Origin: an uncultured bacterium
GTDB lineage: Bacteria > Patescibacteriota > Minisyncoccia > Minisyncoccales > UBA10102
DNA length: 64,000 nucleotides
Reading direction: 5' to 3'
Assembly: GCA_913054235.1 (NCBI GenBank)
Contig: CAJXJI010000001.1
Location: forward strand, 6,868-70,867
A program made the translations under genes and the position numbers. Below the pieces are notes generated by a model. That model was not told where the DNA came from. It searched no databases and was given only the letters and a program-made list of their open reading frames with translations. Within the stretch, counting starts at the first letter, position 1; every line of letters starts with the position of its first letter. Below are positions 35,870 to 44,407 of the stretch, piece by piece.

Positions 35870-36564
35870 CCTTTGGGAATATGATTAAAGCGATACTTAA
35901 ACATATCCGTTCGAATGGGACCAATAAAAGTCATATATGCCTCAGCCAAAAAGTATTGGGTAATAATTTTTGCCATATCTTGTTCCGCTCTTCTTGGAGA
36001 AATATGGAACCATACATTTGTTAAAAACCCAAACTTCCCTTTCTTTGATGCTTCCTGAATATATTTAAAATCTTCGCCAAGCTTGATTGTTTCGTCAAAG
36101 CCTTTTATCTCTTCATGGAGCCATTTCTTTACCACAATACAATTGGTGGCATGAGGATAGAATTTTTCCGTGCTCTTAAAATATAGCTTATACAATCTTT
36201 CAAACACACGATAGATACGTTTTTTGTTCGGAATTTTCATTAAGCAGCCTGCTACATCTAAGCGACGTCGTTCAAACTCTTTAAGAAAACCTTTCAAAAA
36301 ATTACGGGGAAGATTAGCATCAGCATCCAAAAATACAAGAATGTCTCCCTTTGCAATCTTTGCGCCCTCATTTCGTCCGCGCCCTGGCATACCTCCTTTC
36401 ACAACCTTGCACCCAAAAGATTTTGCAATCTGTACTGTTCCATCTTTTGAACCAGCATCTGCCACAATAATTTCAATATCTTTTATCCCCTGTTTTTTAA
36501 CGGCGCGCAATGCAACAGGAAGATACTCTTCTTCGTTAAGTGTTGGGATAATAACGCTAATCAT
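35845..36564 (-). CDS. Family 2 glycosyltransferase (GT-A)
   Basis: ISVIIPTLNEEEYL...ADAGSKDGT...FLDADANLP DxD motifs. Start taken at the internal Met so the overlap with the upstream gene is 4 nt. Confidence 0.75.
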   Translation of the reverse strand: MISVIIPTLNEEEYLPVALRAVKKQGIKDIEIIVADAGSKDGTVQIAKSFGCKVVKGGMPGRGRNEGAKIAKGDILVFLDADANLPRNFLKGFLKEFERRRLDVAGCLMKIPNKKRIYRVFERLYKLYFKSTEKFYPHATNCIVVKKWLHEEIKGFDETIKLGEDFKYIQEASKKGKFGFLTNVWFHISPRRAEQDMAKIITQYFLAEAYMTFIGPIRTDMFKYRFNHIPKGWKAKKKS

Positions 36565-37151
36565 TTTTCCAATACAAAGAGAACATGTTTTGTCATAAAG
36601 TGCGTTGTTTCTCTCTTTGATACAACGCGCAGCCCAAGATCTTGAAATACTCTTTCCCAATCTGCAACCCTGCGATAATTATACGGCATATTCATTTTTA
36701 AAGGATTAGTAAGAAAAAAAGGAGAGTTTGAGATAAAATCGTTAATGCTTACAAGTATCCGGCCAAAAGGAGAACTATATGTATCTTCGTGAATAATAAC
36801 ACGCTTTTTCGTCACTCGAATTGCTTCTTTTAATACCCGAAGAGGTTCTTTGCAATGATGAAGTACAAAAAGTAGTAAGGAATTATCAAAAGAGTTATCT
36901 TCAAACGGAATCTTCTCCCCATTATACAGCATCAGGGGAAGTTTGGTTCGGTTAAAATCCTCCACATCCAAAAGCTGTATTTTGACTCCCTTTTTTTCTG
37001 AGATAAGCTCCCCTGACCATCCACCTCCTGCGCCAATATCCAAAACACGTTCTCCTGTTTTAAGAAACGGGCCAATGTCGTTTAACACTATGGGAGCCCA
37101 CCATGTTCTCCCATAATAATGCACGAGGGAATCAAAAATTGGGATTTTCAT
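36561..37151 (-). CDS. Class I SAM-dependent methyltransferase
   Basis: Motif I VLDIGAGGGW; Rossmann-fold methyltransferase topology. Confidence 0.7.
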   Translation of the reverse strand: MKIPIFDSLVHYYGRTWWAPIVLNDIGPFLKTGERVLDIGAGGGWSGELISEKKGVKIQLLDVEDFNRTKLPLMLYNGEKIPFEDNSFDNSLLLFVLHHCKEPLRVLKEAIRVTKKRVIIHEDTYSSPFGRILVSINDFISNSPFFLTNPLKMNMPYNYRRVADWERVFQDLGLRVVSKRETTHFMTKHVLFVLEK

Positions 37152-38148
37152 TTGCAGTTTTAAAAAGTTTCTTTGCTTCTTGCCAAAACTCTTCTCTTCC
37201 ATGAATCTTCTTCATTTGATACCACCATTCAGCGCCCCACAAATAAAAAGTATCTAAGCCAGTATTTTTTGCAAAGGCAATATTCTTTTGTAACTGCGTG
37301 AGACTCATAGTCTTTTCCTGTTCTTTAAATGTAGAATTTTCCAACTCTTCTTTAACCCAAGGTTCTGCCTGCAGCTCTCCTACTATCACCTCTTTACCAA
37401 AAAGCTTTTCTATGAGCCATGCCTTTCTTTGATATGAAATCGGGGGGAAAGGAGTAGTAAGAAAGGTATGCAACTCTTTTGACCATATCCTTTTATACAA
37501 AGTAACTGCCACCTTATCTCCGAGGCGCGCTGCATTCATCCACAGTGATAATTCTCCTGAATCTGAGACAAAGACCTCGTGCTCTGAATCCAACGATTGT
37601 ACCAAATTAACCTCATTTTGCAAGAATGAAAAGTCGCGCCAAGGACATTTGCCAAAGGGGAACAAGGGCTCATTTTCAACCTGCCAAGCAAAGAGAGCTT
37701 CATGATCCTTATACCTTAAAACCACTGTTTCAAGCATTTCTAATATCTCCTCTCGTAACTCCTCTTTTGTGAAAGTGTTTGCCCACTCTGGAATATGGCA
37801 CTCAGGCCACCTTGGAGTTTTCATACCTATTGCCAAGAGTATCTTAGCTCCCACGCGCTCTGCCTCATTTAATTGCCAATCTAGGTCTTTAAAGAAAAAC
37901 TCCTGGTTCTTTGGCTCCAAAATATCCCAATGAGCAGCAATCTTTAGATTTTTAACATTCAAGTCTTCAAGCAATGCTCCATACGTTTCCTTCCAGTCTG
38001 GATTTAAGTATGTTGCCTGTTTTTGAGAGAAATTAACTCCCCAAGTAATGTTCTCTGCCTCTTTTGCTTCTCCTATAAATAAAAACGCAAATACAGCAGA
38101 AAAAAGCACACTTAAGATAATAAAAAACAATCTTCTGCGTCTGAACAT
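37132..38148 (-). CDS. Secreted clan GH-A (GH5-like TIM-barrel) glycoside hydrolase
   Basis: Signal peptide MFRRRRLFFIILSVLFSAVFA; WQVENEP acid/base motif; downstream GELQAEPW nucleophile-like region. Confidence 0.55.
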   Translation of the reverse strand: MFRRRRLFFIILSVLFSAVFAFLFIGEAKEAENITWGVNFSQKQATYLNPDWKETYGALLEDLNVKNLKIAAHWDILEPKNQEFFFKDLDWQLNEAERVGAKILLAIGMKTPRWPECHIPEWANTFTKEELREEILEMLETVVLRYKDHEALFAWQVENEPLFPFGKCPWRDFSFLQNEVNLVQSLDSEHEVFVSDSGELSLWMNAARLGDKVAVTLYKRIWSKELHTFLTTPFPPISYQRKAWLIEKLFGKEVIVGELQAEPWVKEELENSTFKEQEKTMSLTQLQKNIAFAKNTGLDTFYLWGAEWWYQMKKIHGREEFWQEAKKLFKTANENPNF

Positions 38149-38216
38149 ATCATCACTCTACCAAAAAACCGCCTTTTTGGCGATTCTTATAAAACATACA
38201 TCATCTTTAATTTCAT

Positions 38217-39503
38217 TTAATCGCCATTTGATTCTATAACATTTGCAATGTTCGCTGCTCCATTGCGCTCCATTTCCACAAACCCTTGCATGGCAGCCTC
38301 TGCAAACAATCCTTGGTTTAAAAAGTCTACAATCCATTCTCCGGCATACTCCACTTTAAGTTGTGGTATAGCAGATCCCAAACGAGTCAGCCATTTTTGA
38401 TTCTGCACCTCTTGGGACCCTATAGGAGGACTTAAAAGTAAAGGGATGCCGAGAGCAGCATAGAAGCAAAGTTCAGAAGGCTTGGTCCATAAAATATCTG
38501 TCTTTCGCAAAACTTCAGTAAATCTTTTAAAATATTCATCCTTGGTTTTACAAAAGACCACCTCAACCTCTTTTTCAGACAACCCATTCTCTATTGCTGT
38601 TTTACTAAATCCTATAGCAGCATCCTTATGAGTAGCTGCCACCATGCACAATTTAACTTTCCCTTCTTTTATGAGTGGAGCTAAATATTGAATTATTTGT
38701 TTACCTAAGGCTTGCTGCGCCCCCGCTCCACCCACAGCAAATGTAATAACAACAGCTCCATCATGATACCTTGGCACCGAACCAAGATATGCTCTCACAA
38801 CATCGGCATATTTTGTGCGATATTTACTCTTTTGATCCAAGCGCACCAACCTTCTCCTCAAGTCTTCTTTGGTCTGTGAAAATCCTTCCTTGTTTGTAAA
38901 CTCCTCTGGTAACGGGAATCCAGTTAAAGTAATCTTTTCTTTTGTAATTCCATATTGCAAAAGACGTTCTGCAACCAGTTCACTGGGAGCTAGGTATTGA
39001 ATCTTGCTCTCTTTGGGAAAGAAGGGGACCCAAGCGCGAGCAGCATCACTATCGGTTACCAAAAGATAAATATCTCCTCTGTATTTCCAGTGCTCTGCCA
39101 TAAACCCTGGAACCGGAAATGTACAAATCATGGGAATTGGATCTTCATCCAATCTTTCCATTAAATGTCTTCCCCATTGTTTTTTCTCTATTAACCCATA
39201 AATGGTTCTGAGTTGAAGTCCTGGAGGTTCCAAGGGACGCTCCTTTGGATAAAACGGCTTTATCTCTTGCACCTTATCCATTAAGGAGAACGCCAAGTCT
39301 CCTAAAACCGGTACTTTCTTAAACTTTGAAATAAACTCATACACTCTTCGGGTTTCCCGCCACAGCGTTTGATCAAGCTCTGGAATACCAGGATAGTCAT
39401 TTGCGCTGATTACCTTTCCTCGAAATGCAATATGCCTCAATGCAAAAGCGGGACGCTGATGTCCGTATCCCATGTCCACCGCAACAACCCATGCTTTTTT
39501 CAT
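38217..39503 (-). CDS. GT-B glycosyltransferase, MGDG-synthase/UgtP-like (diacylglycerol glycosyltransferase family)
   Basis: N-terminal VVAVDMGYGHQRPAFAL (G-x-G-H motif of the MGDG_synth N-domain); C-terminal GT-B half with E-rich sugar-nucleotide binding region. Confidence 0.6.
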   Translation of the reverse strand: MKKAWVVAVDMGYGHQRPAFALRHIAFRGKVISANDYPGIPELDQTLWRETRRVYEFISKFKKVPVLGDLAFSLMDKVQEIKPFYPKERPLEPPGLQLRTIYGLIEKKQWGRHLMERLDEDPIPMICTFPVPGFMAEHWKYRGDIYLLVTDSDAARAWVPFFPKESKIQYLAPSELVAERLLQYGITKEKITLTGFPLPEEFTNKEGFSQTKEDLRRRLVRLDQKSKYRTKYADVVRAYLGSVPRYHDGAVVITFAVGGAGAQQALGKQIIQYLAPLIKEGKVKLCMVAATHKDAAIGFSKTAIENGLSEKEVEVVFCKTKDEYFKRFTEVLRKTDILWTKPSELCFYAALGIPLLLSPPIGSQEVQNQKWLTRLGSAIPQLKVEYAGEWIVDFLNQGLFAEAAMQGFVEMERNGAANIANVIESNGD

Positions 39504-39814
39504 ACATCTATAGTATCATTGTTTCTTCACGAAATAAAAATCGCTTTTTCTTTTGGAACCTCCATGCAAAAAAAGAAGCTGGCACCAATAAGGGAAGCAG
39601 TATCCATGCAGAAAATCCCTCAACATTGCTTGCTGCAAAAGGAAAATTAGAAAACATTGTGATAATAAAAGAGAGATATGAAAAAAGAAGTCCCACGGGG
39701 AAGACAAAAACAAAAGAAAGGAAATTAGAAAATATGAGGATGAAAAAAATGAGGCAAAAAAAATTCCGGCTCCAAAGGCCAGAATGCTGCCAAATACGAC
39801 TTGAGAAAACAGCA

Positions 39815-40762
39815 TCAAGAAAACATTCCTTTTTTAAAGCCTGTGGCAATAAGGGTAATCTTTACCTCTCCTGCTTTAAGCCCTTTATCGTACACAGCGC
39901 CAAAAATTATGGAGGCATCTTGCGCAACCTTTTCTTTAATCTTTTGCGCTGCCTCATTTACCTCAGAGAGCGAAAGATCATCTCCTCCCGCCACGTTAAA
40001 AAGCACTCCCTGAGCTCCCTGAATAGACATATTGAGCAAAGGTGAGTGAAGCGCTGTCTCCAGGGCCTGTTCAATACGCTGCTCTCCTTTTGCCTTTCCT
40101 ACTCCAAATACTGCCTGCCCAGCTGAACTCATAATACTTCTTACATCCGCAAAGTCCACGTTGATAATTCCAGGAACCATAATAAGGTCAGAAATACCTT
40201 GTACCGCCTGACGCAAGATTTCATCTGCCTGCCAAAAAGCAGAGAGTACGGTAGTGTCTTTGGATGCTAATTCCAAAATCTGGTCATTTTCAATAACCAA
40301 AAGAGTATCTACCTTGCCTTGAAGCTCTTGTAAAGCCTTGTCTGCTAATCTATTTCTCCAGTTTCCTTCAAACGAGAAAGGTTTGGTTACTACCGCAACA
40401 GTCAAAATCTTTTGTGCTCGTGCCATTTCAGCTATGGGGATAATGGCTCCTCCTCCTGTTCCTCCTCCCAAACCTGCTGCCAAAAACACCATATCAGCTC
40501 CACTAAGTGCCTCCACCAACTCTTCTTTACTTTCCAAAGCAGCCTTCTTTCCTAACTCCGGGTTCATGCCAGCTCCTAGTCCCTTAGTACTTTCTTTGCC
40601 AATACGAATCTTATGATGTGCCCTGATTTTTTTTAAGTCTTGTGCATCTGTATTAATCGCAACAAGATCAACACCTTTAATCTTGGCCTGTACCATGCGA
40701 TCCACCGCATTACTCCCACCTCCTCCTATTCCAAACACTTTAATTACTGTTTTTGGATTCAT
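39815..40762 (-). CDS. ftsZ: Cell division GTPase FtsZ (short form, essentially no C-terminal linker/tail)
   Basis: GIGGGGSNAV and tubulin signature GLGGGTGGGA; ends ...IATGFKKGMFS just after the core. Confidence 0.92.
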   Translation of the reverse strand: MNPKTVIKVFGIGGGGSNAVDRMVQAKIKGVDLVAINTDAQDLKKIRAHHKIRIGKESTKGLGAGMNPELGKKAALESKEELVEALSGADMVFLAAGLGGGTGGGAIIPIAEMARAQKILTVAVVTKPFSFEGNWRNRLADKALQELQGKVDTLLVIENDQILELASKDTTVLSAFWQADEILRQAVQGISDLIMVPGIINVDFADVRSIMSSAGQAVFGVGKAKGEQRIEQALETALHSPLLNMSIQGAQGVLFNVAGGDDLSLSEVNEAAQKIKEKVAQDASIIFGAVYDKGLKAGEVKITLIATGFKKGMFS

Positions 40763-40768
40763 CTAATC

Positions 40769-41971
40769 TTAAGGAATAAAAGACTTTAATAATTTCTTTA
40801 AAAATCCTGCTGTGCGAGAAGATTTTTGCGTTACACTTGTTGATTCTTCATCTTGCAAATTACCTACCAGAAGACCAAGAACCCCCAGAAATGCAGGGTC
40901 CTCTTGGAGTGTAATCAAACCTTTTGCGCTCCCTATTTTTACAGGAAGCTTTAGCTCTTTTTTGGCAAATTCCGCTATTTTTGGCAATTTTGCTCCTCCA
41001 CCACATATTACCACACCTCCTGGCAATTGACCTTGCTTGCCTAATTTCTTTAGTTCTTTATTTAAAAGTTGAAAGATTTCTTTTACTCGCTCCTCAATAA
41101 TGTGGCCTACAAACTTTGAAGAAAAAGTAAAGGTTTCTCCATTGGCAAGCTCAATCTTTTCCATGCGCTTTCCTTTGGAGCCAAGACATGTTCCAAATTC
41201 GGTTTTAATACGCTCTGCTAAGTCATGCTCAATCCGCAAACCAATAGCAATATCGTGAGTAATGTTTTCTGCTCCCACGGGAAGAATAGCAATATGCTTT
41301 AAATCTTCCTCTTCAAACACCGCAAGCGATGTGGTTCCAGCTCCCAACTCTACTACAGCTACACCCATTTCTTTTTCTTGAGCACTAAGCATTCCATAAG
41401 CCGCTGCCAGAGGACTTGGCACCACTCCTGCAATCTCAAGATTTGCTTCTAGTACAGCGGCAGTCAGGTTTTTTAAATCAGGAGAAAACAAACACACTGC
41501 AATAACATCTGTTTCCAAGCGCACTGCTTTCATGCCAATAGGCTCTCGAATACCTTCCTCTCCATCTACTACATACTGAGTAGGGTAAGCCTCCAATATT
41601 TCCTGATTTTGAGATAAAGAAAAAGTCTGCGCAGCTTGCAGAACTCTATCCACATCCTCTTTTGAAATATCGCCATCGGCCCGAGATACCGCAACCAATC
41701 CATGGGAAGAAACCGCAAAAAGCCTGCTTCCTCCCAAAGAAACTATCACCTCTTTAATGTGGACAGATGTCATCTGCTCTGCTTTGCGCACCAAAGATGC
41801 AATGCGTTTTGCTGTTTCCTCTGGACGTACCACCACGCTCTTTCGAACTCCGGAACTAGGTTCTTCAACCACACCCAAAATCTCCAAACCTCCGTCTTCT
41901 TTAATCTTAGCTATTGCCATCTTTAAAGAGTTTGTTCCAATGTCTAATGCAACAAGGATACGTTGTTTCAT
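40769..41971 (-). CDS. ftsA: Cell division protein FtsA
   Basis: Actin-fold motifs LDIGTNSLKMAI and VVELGAGTTSLAVF; immediately upstream of ftsZ. Confidence 0.9.
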   Translation of the reverse strand: MKQRILVALDIGTNSLKMAIAKIKEDGGLEILGVVEEPSSGVRKSVVVRPEETAKRIASLVRKAEQMTSVHIKEVIVSLGGSRLFAVSSHGLVAVSRADGDISKEDVDRVLQAAQTFSLSQNQEILEAYPTQYVVDGEEGIREPIGMKAVRLETDVIAVCLFSPDLKNLTAAVLEANLEIAGVVPSPLAAAYGMLSAQEKEMGVAVVELGAGTTSLAVFEEEDLKHIAILPVGAENITHDIAIGLRIEHDLAERIKTEFGTCLGSKGKRMEKIELANGETFTFSSKFVGHIIEERVKEIFQLLNKELKKLGKQGQLPGGVVICGGGAKLPKIAEFAKKELKLPVKIGSAKGLITLQEDPAFLGVLGLLVGNLQDEESTSVTQKSSRTAGFLKKLLKSFIP

Positions 41972-42420
41972 ATAAGATATTTCTTTTCTTTTTGAGTCAT
42001 TATCTTTTCATTTTTTGAAGTTTCATGGTCATATCCTAAAAGATGCAAAAGACCATGTACAAACATCCAAGAAATAGCCCTCTTAAAGGATATCTTATAT
42101 TCTAGCGCATCTTTGGCAATCACAGAAGGGCACAGAACAATCTCTCCTAAAGCTTCTTTGGCACCAGGAAAGGCAAGCACGTTAGTTGCCTTATCCTTAT
42201 CTCTATATGCTTTATTAAGCTTACGCATTTTTTGAGGACTTACTATAACTACTGAGACATCCATGCTCCTTGGTTTTTCCTTTTTAAGAACACGTTCTGC
42301 CAAAAGCTTGAGTGCGCTAACAGGTACCTTCTTTTTTGTGAGATTTTGTATTTCAATCATTATATTCATCTTATTGTAATACCTTTTTGACAAGAAAGGA
42401 ATTAATCTAAGTATTGACAA
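41968..42420 (-). CDS. ybeY: rRNA maturation endoribonuclease YbeY
   Basis: Zinc-binding HGLLHLLGYDHE motif. Confidence 0.88.
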   Translation of the reverse strand: MSILRLIPFLSKRYYNKMNIMIEIQNLTKKKVPVSALKLLAERVLKKEKPRSMDVSVVIVSPQKMRKLNKAYRDKDKATNVLAFPGAKEALGEIVLCPSVIAKDALEYKISFKRAISWMFVHGLLHLLGYDHETSKNEKIMTQKEKKYLI

Positions 42421-42442
42421 AATTATTAAATTATGTTATATT
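42414..42442 (+). promoter_or_regulatory. Sigma70-like promoter TTGACA-17-TATATT
   Basis: Seen directly upstream of the TTG-initiated secreted-protein gene (RBS GGAG 7 nt before TTG at 42493). Confidence 0.4.
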
Positions 42443-42492
42443 AATAATATTCCCAATTCTCATAGGGAAAAAATATAGCTTGGAGACATACC

Positions 42493-42843
42493 TTGAATAA
42501 AATTACTAAAGTACTAGCTGGTTTACTTTTGGTGGCTGCGCTGCTAATGAGCGCAATTCCCTTATTCTCCCCCAATATTACAGACCAACGCCTCAATCTC
42601 CTTCTTGAGAAGGGCTTCCCAGTCTGGTTATACGAGGACGACGGAATCAATCAAGGAGGGAGAATCCCGGTCCCCGCAAGAATCAAATTCCTATTCGTGA
42701 ACGATCAAAGCGGGACTTCCGCAGAAGACAATCGTCTCACGTTCGTAATTTCAAGAGAAGAAGAGTCTAAGGGTCTATTCAGAGATGGAACACGCATCAT
42801 CGTGCATGTCTCTGACGAGAACATCCGGCCCCCAAGACAATGA
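42493..42843 (+). CDS. Small secreted hypothetical protein (116 aa, signal peptide, TTG start)
   Basis: Signal peptide KVLAGLLLVAALLMSAIPLF; the body is GC-rich (about 50%) compared with neighbours; it has its own promoter and terminator. Confidence 0.55.
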   Translation: MNKITKVLAGLLLVAALLMSAIPLFSPNITDQRLNLLLEKGFPVWLYEDDGINQGGRIPVPARIKFLFVNDQSGTSAEDNRLTFVISREEESKGLFRDGTRIIVHVSDENIRPPRQ

Positions 42844-42871
42844 TCTCAATCAATCTCGCTACAACCAAAAA

Positions 42872-42903
42872 CCCCGACAGACTCCAATCTGTTGGGGTTT
42901 GTC
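42872..42903 (+). terminator. Rho-independent terminator
   Basis: CCCCGACAG-acuccaau-CUGUUGGGG then TTTGTCATTT. Confidence 0.55.
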
Positions 42904-42918
42904 ATTTCTATACTACAA

Positions 42919-43380
42919 TTAGCCTGCGATCTTTATAGAATCAATATAGTAAGTATCAAGTATTTTAAGAATACGCATCAATCGAACCTGCGGAAGCAAG
43001 TCTTCATTCTCAATCTCTACCTGTGCTCGAAACTCACTTACACCTACCTGATCTAACTGTATAATTCTATGTCCCAAGATACGCTCTGTTAGAGAAAATG
43101 CGCCTTCTTCCTCTTGTACCACTGCATTTTCTGTAAGAAAACGAAGAGCAAGTTTTGAATTTCCTTGTTCCAAAGCATCAAGAAAAGAAACAATAGTTTC
43201 TTTTGCAGACTTCCTTTCTATCTCTTCTCTTTGCTCAAGTAACTGCTTCTCAATTAAAGGTAAACGTTTTTCCTCTAAGCGATAATACTGCCATGCAAGT
43301 ACAAGCTGCCCTATAACAACTGCAATAATTGCTATGGCAACGCCTTTCCATGCCTCTTTATTTAAAAATCTAGGCTCCAT
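42919..43380 (-). CDS. Hypothetical membrane-anchored protein
   Basis: N-terminal TM VAIAIIAVVIGQLVLAW followed by a charged helical segment; 153 aa. Confidence 0.45.
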   Translation of the reverse strand: MEPRFLNKEAWKGVAIAIIAVVIGQLVLAWQYYRLEEKRLPLIEKQLLEQREEIERKSAKETIVSFLDALEQGNSKLALRFLTENAVVQEEEGAFSLTERILGHRIIQLDQVGVSEFRAQVEIENEDLLPQVRLMRILKILDTYYIDSIKIAG

Positions 43381-43393
43381 TATATTATACCAA

Positions 43394-43837
43394 TTAAGCT
43401 GCCAAGAGCTCTTGCACGGTTTTTGCTACTAAAGCTCCGTCTGCCTTTCCTTTCACCTGTGGGGCTAGCTCTCCCATGACCTTACCCATATCTTTTTGAT
43501 CTGTAGCACCAGTCTTTTCAATGGCTTTTACGGCCAAGTCTTTAATCTCCTCCTCTGTTAATTGTGAAGGAAGATAAGGAAGCAAAACTTCAAGCTCTGC
43601 TTGTTCTTTTTGTGCAAGCTCTGGCCTTTCTCCTTTTATAAAAGCTTCTTTTGCCTCCCTGCGCTTTTTTGCCTCAAATAAAACCACATCTAAAAACTGC
43701 TCTTCTGTAACCTCTTTGCCTTCTTTCTCTTTGTTCATTATGGCAGCAAGTAACATCCGTAATGTTAAAGAGCGAACCTCATCTCTTGCTTTAAGCGATA
43801 CTTTAAGGTCCTCTTGTACTTTGTCTTTTAGAGACAT
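43394..43837 (-). CDS. GatB/YqeY domain protein
   Basis: Typical YqeY layout, with ...MKARD...LRMLLAAI...KEAFIKGERPELAQKEQAELEVLLPYLP motifs. Confidence 0.75.
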   Translation of the reverse strand: MSLKDKVQEDLKVSLKARDEVRSLTLRMLLAAIMNKEKEGKEVTEEQFLDVVLFEAKKRREAKEAFIKGERPELAQKEQAELEVLLPYLPSQLTEEEIKDLAVKAIEKTGATDQKDMGKVMGELAPQVKGKADGALVAKTVQELLAA

Positions 43838-43858
43838 TTTAATAAATCAAATAATGTA

Positions 43859-44083
43859 TTATATTTGTCCGAGCTTTTGTTTTTTCTCATATATTGCTCG
43901 CGTTTCTATTTTGCGCAGTACCGCCTTCTTTCTCATCTGAACTGATTTTGGGCGTTTTTTAAATTGAGATTTCTTTGCGTTAATCAAAATACCACTATCC
44001 CGTAAGCGCTTGGTAAAACGACGAATAAGGGCTTGATTAGTTTCCCTTTCTTTTCTTACAATTTCAAACTTAGGTTTTTTCAT
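43859..44083 (-). CDS. rpsU: 30S ribosomal protein S21
   Basis: 74-aa basic protein; ETNQALIRRFTKRLRDSGIL matches the S21 ALRRFKR...G pattern. Confidence 0.75.
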   Translation of the reverse strand: MKKPKFEIVRKERETNQALIRRFTKRLRDSGILINAKKSQFKKRPKSVQMRKKAVLRKIETRAIYEKKQKLGQI

Positions 44084-44403
44084 GATTTCTTGTCTGCCAA
44101 TAAGTGAAGGTGGATGTGGTCTACAACCTGTCCCCCTTCCTTGCCAACATTAAAGTGAAGCTTATATCCAGCAAGATTATGCTGACGTGCGACCTTTTGC
44201 GCAGTTAGTATTAAACTACCCATTAATTCTTTGTCTTCCTTTTCAACATGGTCAATGGAATGAATATGTTTTCTTGGAATAATTAAAAGATGTAGCGGAG
44301 CTTGAGGATTAATATCGTTAAACACAACAAATGTGTCATCTTCATATACAATATCAGAGGATACCTCTTTTTTTGCTATCTTACAAAACAAGCAATCTTC
44401 CAT
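44080..44403 (-). CDS. HIT-family (histidine triad) nucleotide hydrolase
   Basis: HIHLHLL histidine triad; N-terminal CLFCKI zinc-binding motif. Confidence 0.85.
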   Translation of the reverse strand: MEDCLFCKIAKKEVSSDIVYEDDTFVVFNDINPQAPLHLLIIPRKHIHSIDHVEKEDKELMGSLILTAQKVARQHNLAGYKLHFNVGKEGGQVVDHIHLHLLADKKS

Positions 44404-44407
44404 GTGA

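Noticed and set aside
39508-39849. Two overlapping minus-strand ORFs (113 and 100 aa) downstream of ftsZ
   Set aside because: They are Phe/Leu/Ser low-complexity translations of an A-rich plus-strand tract, in the two frames other than ftsZ. They overlap each other and have no start signals.
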